A stretch of DNA of 64,000 nt from NCBI GenBank assembly GCA_033442325.1, contig JAWQFM010000001.1, forward strand, positions 542,410 through 606,409. Direction: 5' to 3'. A program made the position numbers and the translations under genes. The notes beneath the pieces are model-generated. The model saw only the letters and a list, made by a program, of their open reading frames with translations, ran no database searches and was not told the DNA's origin. Origin of the DNA: Salpingoeca rosetta (lineage: Eukaryota; Protista; Choanoflagellata). Below are positions 39,012-50,121 of this stretch, piece after piece; positions within the stretch are counted from its first letter, which is position 1; each line of letters begins with the position of its first letter.

Positions 39012-39628
39012 CAACAGGGCTTGTTCATCTTCATCTTCCACTGCGTGTGGAATGCAAGCGTGCGCGATGCTGTCAGCGGAAAGACTCGTCGTGATACGGT
39101 CGCGTACATGCGCACGCAAAGCACCAAAATGCTGGCGCAGGGTCGTCGCAGCACCACCTTTGAGTCGCAGGTTCGTCTCTTACCCGTGCTGTAGCACGTG
39201 CGTGCACATCCGTAAGCTGCCGTCTGCTGTCCGCGCGCGTGTTGGTTTTGTGTGTTGTGTGAGTATGTGGAACCATGTGGGAGCTCATGCACGCCCATGT
39301 TGACACATCTTTCTGCGGCTCGTGACTGCGTGATGCTCTGGCACAGGTGCGTCGCGGGTCTGCGCTTGCCTCCTCGCTGCAAAGCCTGGGTGGCACGACA
39401 CCACTCAACACCCTGTCCAGTGCAGACGACACAGGCGGATATCTGGACGTTTTTGAGTCGAAGCTTGGGGAAGACAGCAGCGACGATGAGCGCAACGATG
39501 GCGGGAGCGCATCCGACAGCGCGTTTACTTCTTCAAGGGCCTTGAATTTGGCAGGGCCTTCGTTCCATACCACAAACGCCGTCACAGACTCTGACCTGGA
39601 GGATGATGACACCAAGGCGTTGCAGTGA
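31552..39628 (+). CDS. Adhesion GPCR 1 (signal peptide, IPT/TIG repeats, HRM-like, GAIN/GPS, latrophilin-like 7TM), ~1746 aa, exons 31552-31721, 31836-31899, 32212-32318, 32480-32585, 32853-35522, 35714-36463, 36714-37354, 37642-37821, 38038-38155, 39018-39170, 39347-39628
   Basis: Signal peptide [24 protein letters not shown]. Repeated P-x-I-T-x-V-x-P ... V-T-I-x-G-x-N-L IPT/TIG motifs. [21 protein letters not shown] (HRM-like). [25 protein letters not shown]. 7TM motifs [62 protein letters not shown]. Confidence 0.9.
34578..35350 (+). repeat. 773-bp near-identical block shared with 45162-45934
   Basis: Direct comparison by eye shows about 3 substitutions, whereas the flanking ectodomain sequence is highly diverged. 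Confidence 0.85.
36960..38430 (+). repeat. Near-identical 7TM block, introns included, shared with ~47580-49020
   Basis: Exons essentially identical; introns differ mainly in microsatellite length. Confidence 0.85.
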
Positions 39629-40176
39629 TGCGGTCTTGTGCGTGTGTTGTGCATGTGTTTGTGTGTTGTGCGTGTACTTGTGCGCGTGTGTTTGTGCTCG
39701 TGTGTCTGTGTGTGCATGACTGTGTGTGGGAATGTGACGAAGCTGTGGCAAGTGTGCTCGTTGTGTTGCTTTTCAGGTCTTCCTATTTGACATAATTCAC
39801 CTTTCTCCTCGTTTGTCGCGTTGTTACGGCTCACGTGTTATCTTCGACCTCAGCCAGCGCTTGCTTCTACCCACTCTCGGTGTGTCCTTTCACCTTTTTC
39901 ATATCATCCCACTGCGTTACTTCTTCCCGTTCCCCAATAGTGTTACAACGTGTTGTTGCGTGCTTGCGTGCGTGTCCACTGCTTGATGCTCGGTGTGTCA
40001 CAATCAACGTCACAACCTCAAGCTCATGCTTTGGCTGATGCGCGTCCACCACTTTCTTGTTAAAACTTTGCCTTGACACGCTTCTTGTCAATCCACCAAA
40101 GAATGAAGCCGAAACCTCGCATTTCTGGTTCTGCCTGCAAGCAAAAAGCAACAACAACAAAAGCGGCACTGCGAAG

Positions 40177-40451
40177 ATGAGGCGGCGTTTTGGTGTGTTT
40201 GCAGTGGCTGTCCTCCCGCTCCTTCTCGTCTTGGCTTCTTTCCCAGCAAGCTTCTTGGTAATCGCCGGGAGGGATCCGCCTGTCATCAACGAGCTCTGCA
40301 ACTCCCTCGACGATGCTACCAGTGAGTGGGAAGTGAGCAGAGCTAGAGAGCTGCAGAGGTGGTTCGAGGACGCGAGCGAGGGCACGTTTAGACGTTTGCC
40401 TGCGTGCAGTCGAAATGCTTTTGTGTTGGTGCACGGGAGGCGTGGCGTTCC

Positions 40452-40500
<49 letters not shown>

Positions 40501-41005
40501 TCGTGTGTGTGTGTGTGTGTGTGTATGTGAAATCATGTGTGTAGGCTTGTGTACGTGTGTGAGTGTGTGTGTGCGTGTGTGAGTGTGTGTTTCATCCTCT
40601 TTCCAGCCGTCCACCAACCATCTCATCCAGTGGGTGGTGTCATGCCATCTCTTCCTTTGCTGCGCAGCTGTGGCGACGGTTGTGTCGAAGGGCACCAATG
40701 ACATGGCGTTGGCATGGAACTCAACTGATGCCTGGAGCGTCGGCCGGTCGCCCTGTACATGTGAAGCCGCAATCGTGTCTCACGAAACACTTGTGCAGGA
40801 CACTGTCGAGGTGCGCCTGGTTGCCTGTGAGCTGGGTTGGTCCTGTTTTGGTATGACGTTGTGGAGTCTATTGCGCCGTGTGTTGCGCTGTCTGCAATTA
40901 TTATCCTTGCCCTCTCATATTCTGCAAGAAGAGTATCTTGCACCTGGTGTCACACACACACACACACACCCACACACACCCACACCCCCCCACACACACA
41001 CACAC

Positions 41006-41044
<39 letters not shown>

Positions 41045-42382
41045 TACACACACTTCCACTCTCCTCGCGTTCTTGTATGTTGTGCCCTTCAGGCGCGGCT
41101 GACGTTCCTCACGCTGGGCCAGGAGGTGCCCCTGCGGTTGGCACAAGGAGGCCGCCTTGTCTTCTCAAACCAAGCGCGCTCCCAGCCATGCCCAGTCATC
41201 GATTCTCTCGAAGCATTCGACCTCACAGCCACGTCCTTCCAGACCAACTGGACCCCAAGCAACCAAGGGACCCTGCACATCAATGGCAACAAGACAGGCG
41301 TCCCTGTCAACGGCACAGAGTGGATTGGCCATGTGGAGCTCACAAACAGCCCCACCACCGAGTTTGAGCTGCAGGTGGAGAACGGCGTTGGTGACGATCG
41401 CGTCGTCGCCCGCAAGACAACTGTCGTCGAGCGTGAAGCCCCAGGTGCGCTTCCTCTCCCTCTCACCTTCTCGCACGCTTGCTCGCCCGCTATGAGTAGC
41501 TAGCTGTTGAGTGTTTTGTGGTGGCATTGCTGGTGGTGATGGTGGCTGAGGTTCATCTGACGTGAATGCAAAAGCTTGGAAGAGGGAGAGAAGGGAAGTC
41601 AAGAGAGCAACGTTGGAAGAAGATGAAAAAGGCGCGCGGGACGTTCTCCGCTCAGACGCTCGGTTGCTTTCTTAACGCTTATCGCCACAGCGACTCCTCC
41701 CCCCCCCCAACTCAGTCCAAAGTTTCCCTTTGTCCTGTTTGCTTGCTTGCTTGCTTCTTGCTTGTTCTCCAAACCCACAGTTGTGTGGGCAGAGCGTGTG
41801 GACGGCTTGTGGGCAGATGACACAAAATGGCTCGGCGACAAGGCACCCTGTGCGGACCAGCACGCTCGCACGACCTTCTTCGATAATGGCCCTGACTACG
41901 ACATCCTCCTGGACCAGCACACGGCCGTGAAGAGCTTTGTGTGGCAGCAAGGCGCCACGCTCCGCATCGCCATGGGCACAGCGTTTGTGTTCACGCGAAA
42001 CGCATCCGCATCGAGCTTTGTCAACATCACCAACACCGGCACGGACTGCACGGAGCGCTTTGCCACAACCACACCCGCACCGACAACCACTTACGTCGAC
42101 CCACCGGTCGTGGACACGTATTGTGACGCATGCCACCTTGTGGACTCAGAGGAGCCTGTCCCAAATCTTGACGTCTCTCTTCAGCCCAACGCGTGAGTGC
42201 TCGCGCAGCTTTGCACCGTGTGAGGCGAGACTCGTTTGTATGTTTGTTCACATATGTTGACGTGGTTGTTGTGTATGGGATTGCTATGTCTGCTGCTTGG
42301 TTGCAGAGGGGACACGAGCACGTTTGATGAGCAGTCAGGCGTTTGGAGCATTTCAAGCTCCGTGTCCATGGTATGTGCAACA

Positions 42383-42433
<51 letters not shown>

Positions 42434-42476
42434 CACACGCACACACACGTACGCACACACACATGCACACGCACAT

Positions 42477-42570
<94 letters not shown>

Positions 42571-45500
42571 GCACGCTGTGCGATTCACCTTCGCTTTCCC
42601 CCACTCCACCATCATCCCAAGTGCAGCCTCCGGTTGCCTCTCACTCGATCGTGTCATCACTTCTCTCTGCATCACACCGTAGGTTACGATTCAGCCTGTA
42701 TCACAAGACTTTGTTGTTGTGCGATACCGGCTGACATTCCCAGAAGGCTGCTGCACCGCCACTCGTGCAAGCATCGAGCTTCGTGCACAGTGAGTTCCGT
42801 CGTGTCAATTGTGATCACGATGAGCGTTGTGGCAATTCACCCATATGCACAGTTGCTCGCTTGCATAAGTGAGCAGCAACATTCACATCTCCACCTGTTG
42901 TGTTCTGTGCACGTGACTGTGTGACTCGCTATCCTCAGGGCAAACAATCAAGGCCCCTTTGTGCTCTTGCACAGCGCTACCGACATTGCAATCGCCCCAA
43001 ACACCACCTTTGAGCTTCCCGCATGCTCTTCTCCACTGCAGGTGTGCACACATGCTCTGCGTGTTCTGAATATGCGCGTGCGTGTGAGCGACCTCCAGAT
43101 GGCTGGAGGACAGCAGTGAAGGGGAGCGGAGGAGGAGGAGGAGGAGGAGGAGGAGGAGGAGGAGGAGGAGGAGGAGGAGGAGCTTGTTTGCACCAGAAGA
43201 CACACAGACACATGCACACACACACGCACACACACATGCGCGCACACACACACATGCGCGCACACACACACATGCACACACACATGCGCACACACACATG
43301 CGCACGCACACATGCGCACGCACACATGCGCACACACTTATGTATACACGTGAATCAATGTTTTGATGTCGTGCCCTGCGCCCCAATCACTCCCATTGGT
43401 CTGCCCTCACTGTCGCTTTCTCTCGCCAACCCCAAATACCAGGCCTTCACGTCATACGTGCTGCATGTCCGACCAGAGGAGCCGGGAACACTCGCCGTCA
43501 GCGATATCGGCCTCATTCGCCAAAAGTGCGCCATTTCCGATGGCGCAAGCTTCCATGGTGTGGTGCCGCATCACTTGACTGCGAACGGGGATGTGACCAT
43601 CTACAGCAACAACATCACGCAGTTTCACGACACCCTGAGCGCGCAGGGCATCCTCACCACCCCAACCGTGACGCTGTTGAGTGCGACAAGCGGCAGCTTC
43701 ACCATCCGTGTGGAAGGATACATGGGTGACGACGCCATCAGCCTCTTCCTCAACTCCTCCCAATCGCTGGCGCCACCCATTTCTCTTCTGCACGCGATCA
43801 ACACCGGTACCGCTTCCGCCACACTGTCTGGCCGCGAACCGGGCACGCTTGGCCCGCTCGGCTACGGCGTCGTATACGGAAACATCCCGCATGCTGGAGA
43901 CTCCATGGCTTACTCCCTCATCTTCACCAAGTCCAGCCCACCGTTTGGCCAGCCCCCAACGAAGTATGAGGCGAAGATTCAATCACAGAGTGGCTCGAAC
44001 CTCGATTTCCAGCTGCCAGCCAACATCCCGCCTGGAGCATACGATGTGACCGTGTCAACAATCATTGGCGAGCCAACAACCGCGCTCGATTTGTTCACCG
44101 TCATCCAGGGACCCCATATTACGTTTATTGAGCCGCCCCAAGCGCGGCCTGGCGACCTCATCACCATCACCGGGAAACGGCTGGCTGAAGTGTCCCCATC
44201 CGTCTTCTACGGGCCCTCCCACATATTTCCGCTCTTTGCCAACGCAACGTACATTCTGGCACGCCTGCCCTCGGATCCATCCTCAACGCTCGAGAGACTG
44301 CGAGTTGCGACGATCATCGGGCAGGTCATATCCGACCCTTACCCGCTACTGGTTGTCACGCAGATCACGCCGAGCGCGCCAGTTCCAGGGCAGCAGGCGC
44401 ACATCTACATCTCCAACCTGGCGTCCCAGCCGGAATTCGTCGTCTCGCAAGTCTTCGTTGGCAATGTGCCAGCCTCCATCGTGGGTATTGAGAGCGGCGC
44501 TGTCGTCATCAACATGCCACCCGTGCACCTGAACAGCACTGATGTGCGCGTTGTACTGTACGATGATCGAGAGCTGTCCGCATTGCTCGGCGTGGGCGTC
44601 CTCTTCCACACCATAGCGCCAAATGTTGGTGTGCCTGACATGACAATCACGATTCGAGGCAGCTTCTACGCGCCCAACATCACCGCAGCATCCCTTGCTG
44701 GTATCCCCGTCGATGCTTTGACGCCGATCACTTCCAGTTCCATCGTTGTTGTGCCTGCTGGGTACGGAAGAACGCCGCCGCCATTACGCACCGTCTCCGT
44801 CACACTGAACCAGGAGGTGCTGGAGCTGCCGCAGTTCTCGTTCACGTATGCGACCCCGGTCATCACCGCCATCTCCGCCCCAGTCACGTGGACAGGGCAC
44901 ATCCTGAGCCTCTACGGTATGGACCTTATCGCTCCCTCAGAGCCGTCATCGATCCACTACACTATCCTGCTTGATGGCGTGCAACTCGTCACGCTGGCCC
45001 TGTCCAGCACAGAGATTGTCGTGCAAGTGCCGTCAGGCGTCATGCCGTACCCAGAACCGAAGCAGCTGGATCTGTTCTGGAACATGGCACATGCTGCTGA
45101 GTTTTCTGAGGGCCCCGAAGTTTTACAGGCGCCAAAGGTAACCGGCATCACGCCCAGCACCGCCCTGCCGTCGCAGGTGGTGGTGCTGCTTGCAGAAGAC
45201 ATCCCGCTCGGGTACGGGTTCCAGGGCGCAGTGTACATTGCCGGCACGCAGGCAGTTGTCCTGGACATCACAACCACCAACATCACCGCCATTGTGCCGC
45301 CCACGGCCCGCTCAACAGACAACGCCGACGGCAGCGGGGCAGTGGACCTGGAGGTGTACGTCGACAACTCGCCCGTGCAGGTGCAGGGCAGCGCAGCGCT
45401 GTCGCTGTACGCGCCCGTGCAGATCACGGAGGTGACGCCGATAACGGTGTCTGAGGGCGTGCGTGTGACGCTGACTGGCCAGTCGTTTGTGGCTGGGGGC

Positions 45501-46152
45501 GTGGACGCGACGTCTGTGACGGTGGACGGGGTGGATGCTGTTGTGGAGAGCGTGACGGAGACGGCGATTGTGCTGCGCATGCCTGCGCTGGCGAGCCGGG
45601 TGGGAACGCGGGCGGACGTTGTGTTCTCTGTGCGGGCGACGGCGCTGTATGGGTCGCCGAGAGTGCAGGTGACGCGGTCTGTGCGCGTGATTTCATCTGG
45701 CGGCATCACGGAGGTTGTGCCAGCCAAGTGGAAGGCCGGGGATGTGGTGCGGATCTCGGCGCAGCGGGGCACGGCACTGAGCACGCTGGTTGACATTGGG
45801 GCGTCTGTTGTGTCGCGGGTGTTGTTTGGGGAGACTGAGCTGCCAGTGGTGAGGGTTGGGAACGGGGCCATTGTTGTGCAGCCTGGGACGGCTGGGAACG
45901 CGCTTGCTGCTGGGGACCCGCTTGCGATTGAGCTATATATACGGGGCTATAGATATATATATATATATATATATGCCGATGTATAGCGATATATATAGAT
46001 CTATATACATATATATATGTATATATCTATATATATATATATATCTATATATNNNNNNNNNNNNNNNNNNNNNNNNNNNNNNNNNNNNNNNNNNNNNNNN
46101 NNNNNNNNNNNNNNNNNNNNNNNNNNNNNNNNNNNNNNNNNNNNNNNNNNNN

Positions 46153-46185
<33 letters not shown>

Positions 46186-46244
46186 TGCACGCGCACGCAT
46201 GGACGCACACGCATGGACGCACACGCATGCACACACACACACAT

Positions 46245-46283
<39 letters not shown>

Positions 46284-49200
46284 GCTTGCACCATCACGTC
46301 ATGTGCCAACATCGACGCACAGAGACAGGCACTCTCATTTCTGCTGACGCCTTATATTTACTCACGTCTATGCGTTACCCCCTCCCCCCCCCCAACGTTA
46401 TTCACCCGCCCGCAGGACATCTTTTCCTCGTTTGTTAACACGACGGAGTGCGTGAACCAGAAACTGCGTGATCTGACGACCCGCACCATCTCCACTGACA
46501 CCGTCAACTCCGTACTGGAGGAGCTCACCAACATCACCAAAACCTCAGCGCTGTTTGCGCCCGAGGATGTTGGTAACTCATTCAGCATCCTCAACAATGC
46601 CACGGGCCTGCTGGATACGGATATGGACATGCTTGAAGAAGAAACATACCGGTACATTGTGCGTGGCGCGAGCGACCTGATGGCCGTTGACGGCTCTGTG
46701 CTGGAGCAGTCCGCACGCAACGACGGTGTTCAAGTGAATACTATTCCAACGATTGTGGAGCGATGGACGGACGGGCTTGTCGACGTTCTTCCTGGGGACA
46801 GTGCGTCTGTGCAAGTGGAACGCAACATTGTAGTGGTGGCATACCGTTTTATCACTACACGCGCGGCGTTCAAGGGCAGCGCCAACGAGGTCAACTCAAG
46901 CTGTTCCAGGTGTAAAGTGGAGGAAGCAAGCAACGACGCCATTGCCCCACTGCTCATCGACACACCCGTCAACTACAGCATCTCATCCGACAGCGTAGAA
47001 AGCATCGCGGTGACATTCTTTCGCGATTCACGCCTGTTTGCGGGCATCGACACACTCAACCCGGTGTCCAACGGGACCACGCTTCCACGCGACCTGATCA
47101 ACCGGACGTTCGTCAACTCCCCTGTCCTGTCTCTGCAAACGCGCCGACTTCGTGGCGCCGCATTCGAGGGCGAGGTGTGTCGCGTGTCTTGCTTGCACGT
47201 ATGGTTCCATCTTGGGTTGCACCGTGTCTTGCTCTGTAAGCGCATGATCAGCCGGCCACCTGCCTGCATGGGCGTTGTTCTTGATCATGGTACTATCACC
47301 TTCACCGATTCACTGTGTTTTGTATCTGCTGCTGAACAGGCGGTCTTTAGCTTGCCGACGAGCTACTTTGGCAATCGCACGCTTGATTCGCGCGCGTGCT
47401 CTTTCTGGGTGGCGCCGACTGTGGACGCTGCTGGTCGCTGGTCAAACATGGGGTGTGAGCTTGTGTCTGACGTTGGCGACTATGTCACGTGCAGCTGCAA
47501 CCACCTCACCAACTTTGCCATCCTCGCCAATTATGCAGAGTCTGTGTCCCCGTCTGTGAACGCTGTTATCCTCAGCTACATCACGTACATTGGCGTTGGG
47601 GTGTCTGTGTTCTGCATGGTGCTGACGGTTGGCGTGTACCTGTGGTACAAGCGGCTGCGGGAGGACCTTGGGCGCATCATTGTGATGCACCTGTGTGTGA
47701 CGCTGACGATATCGCTGTTGTGCTTTGCCTTTGGCATTGAGGAGACGAGCCACACGGACACGTGCACGGCGATTGCGATTGTGCTGCACTACTTTCTGCT
47801 GAGCGCGTTTGCGTGGATGGTGGTTGAGGGGTATCACCTGTACTCGACGTTTGTTGTTGTGTTTCACGGGAGCCACCGGTCTGACCGGCGGCAGCACGTT
47901 CGGTTTGCGGCGTTTGCGTATGGCGTGCCGGCGCTGATTGTGCTTGCGACGGGCCTTGTGATTGGCGAGGAAGGGTGAGTTGCTGCTGCGTGTGGTGTGC
48001 TCTGTGCGCGCGCGCGTGTGTACCTGTGATGTTGTGTGTGCGCGTGCGCGTGTGTGTGCTTCTGTGTGGCTGTGATTGCTTGATTGCAGTTTTGTGTTTG
48101 CGTGGTTATGTGTGTTGTTCTTTGCGTTTGGTTGTTCCGTCGCCATGCTGCACAGACGGTGCATGTTGCACCCCACAACACCTCACACATCCCGTACGAA
48201 CACACACACACACACACCTCACACATATGTTAGGTACGGGTATGAGGATGCGTGCTGGCTGCCAACGAAGAACTATGAGATTTGGGCGTTCCTTGGTCCA
48301 ATGTGCTTGGCCATCCTTGTGAACATTGTGTTTTTCGTTCGCATCATGCGCTCGATCCTGAGCGTGAGCGTGGCTAATGCCGACAAGGCGACACGGCAGC
48401 GTTTCATCCGCGGGTGTGTGTGTGTGCTTGTGTGTGTGTGCTTGTGTGTGTGTGTGCTTGTGTGTATGTATGCGTGTGTGTTGCTTGTGTACCTTGTCCA
48501 TGTTTGTGTATGCTTGGTGCGTGTATGCGTGCGTGTGTCTGCGTTGTGTGACATTGTGTGAGGTGATGCAACGATGCTTGTGTATGTGACACTGGCATGT
48601 GTCTGTGCATGCCTGCTGTTTTGCTGCAGCGTGCGAGCGAGTGCGTCGTTCCTGTCCATCATGGGCGTGACGTGGGTGTTTGGGGCGCTTTTGTTTTCTG
48701 GTGCCGTTGCCGTCCAGTACCTGTTTACCATCTTCAACGTCTTCCAGGTGTGTATATGTGTGTGTGTGCACGTGTGTGTGCATGTGTGTGTGTGTGTGCA
48801 CGTGTGTGTGCATGTGTGTGTGTTGGTTTTGTGAGAAGCACGTGGGTACTCCAAGATGTGTTTTGTGTTCATGCGTGTTGTGCAGCAATAATCCACGTGA
48901 TGGTGATGTCTGCGCTTGTTGTTCATGTGGCTCATTGCTTGCCTGCATAATTCCTGGATCGTCTGCTCAACTCTCTTGTCTCTGGTCTCTATGCCACAAC
49001 ACAAACACACTCACACACACACACAAATTCACACACACAAATTCACACACACACAAACGCAACAGGGCTTGTTCATCTTCATCTTCCACTGCGTGTGGAA
49101 TGCAAGCGTGCGAGATGCGGTGACAGGAAAGTCCAAGCGCGATGCCATTGCACACATGCGCTCCCGTAGCCACAAGCCTTACTCCGCCGGCGCCGCTGCC

Positions 49201-49810
49201 AGCGACACAATGCAGTCCCACCATGTACGCTGTCTGCTACTGGCGCATGTGTTTGTGCATGTGCATGTGTGTTTGTGTGATGTGGAATTTGCCTTGAGTT
49301 CTATTGCAGGCCGCCATTGCATCGAGCTGTACCGCACCTTCTCATGCATTTCTTTTCTGCCGCCTTTCTGCGTTGTGCTGTCGGCCCATTTCGCAGTCCT
49401 CAAACCCAGCAGGGTTCTCCACAAAGCTGGGCACGCTCGGAAAGCCCACGCCTCTTCAGGAGCTGTCTGGTGCTGAGGCGGTCGAAGGGTACTTGGACGT
49501 CATGGAATCACGCCTGGGAACTGCGGATGATAGCCGTGCCAACACGCTGAACACGACCACAACAACGCTGTCTGACTCGCATCACATGTTCAACAACCCA
49601 AACGCTGCTCCGAACGACCTGAGCGTTGACAGCTCGCACTCGCACGATGATGATGGCGGCAGCAGCAACGACGATGATGCTGGTGACATTGACGCCATTA
49701 CGGCTGTCGATGATGACGATGATGATGATGATGATGACAACGGGGATGATGAGCACACCGCACTGCAGCCCTCTTCAATCATGGCGTGGATGACCGGCAG
49801 CGACAAATGA
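40177..49810 (+). CDS. Adhesion GPCR 2, tandem paralog with extra N-terminal modules; exons 40177-40321, 40668-40810, 41093-41444, 41781-42192, 42307-42370, 42683-42789, 42939-43041, 43443->45934 (runs into gap), 46416-47174, 47340-47974, 48234-48413, 48630-48747, 49066-49224, 49397-49810
   Basis: Signal-like [21 protein letters not shown]. From 42120 onward intron positions and exon sizes (64, 107, 180, 118 nt) match aGPCR-1. IPT/TIG repeats, [15 protein letters not shown], and an essentially identical 7TM. The 5' exons are less certain. Confidence 0.85.
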
Positions 49811-50121
49811 TGATTCGTCCCAAAGCTCACGAACACCTCCAGGAACCACATGAGCCACCCTGCCTCCTCGTTCCTCCACTGGTGCTCTTCTGTTATCCCC
49901 CCACCCCTCTATTCTTACATTGCAATCACGCGTCTTGAGTGTGTGTGTGTGTTGTGTTGTCTCTGTTATCCAGTGTTTATTGGGGAAAACTCGCTGAAAT
50001 CTTACACTGCTCCAGGCGCTCAAAGATGGGGAAGGCAATTGCGGCAAAACAAAGGGCAACGGTGCGCATGGGTGAATGTGTGTGAGAGCACGCGCCTCAT
50101 AGACAGAAAGAAAAGTGAATC

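Noticed and set aside
40381-40390. Possible GC-AG intron donors in aGPCR-2 exon 1 (and at 58818 in THADA)
   Set aside because: Canonical in-phase GT donors exist nearby (40322 GTGAGT; 58830 GTGCAC).
45935-46152. Apparent truncation or pseudogenisation of aGPCR-2 by a (TA)n-rich stretch with a stop codon
   Set aside because: It directly abuts a 100-N gap and looks like low-quality contig-end sequence. All downstream exons are intact, so the missing HRM part probably lies in the gap.
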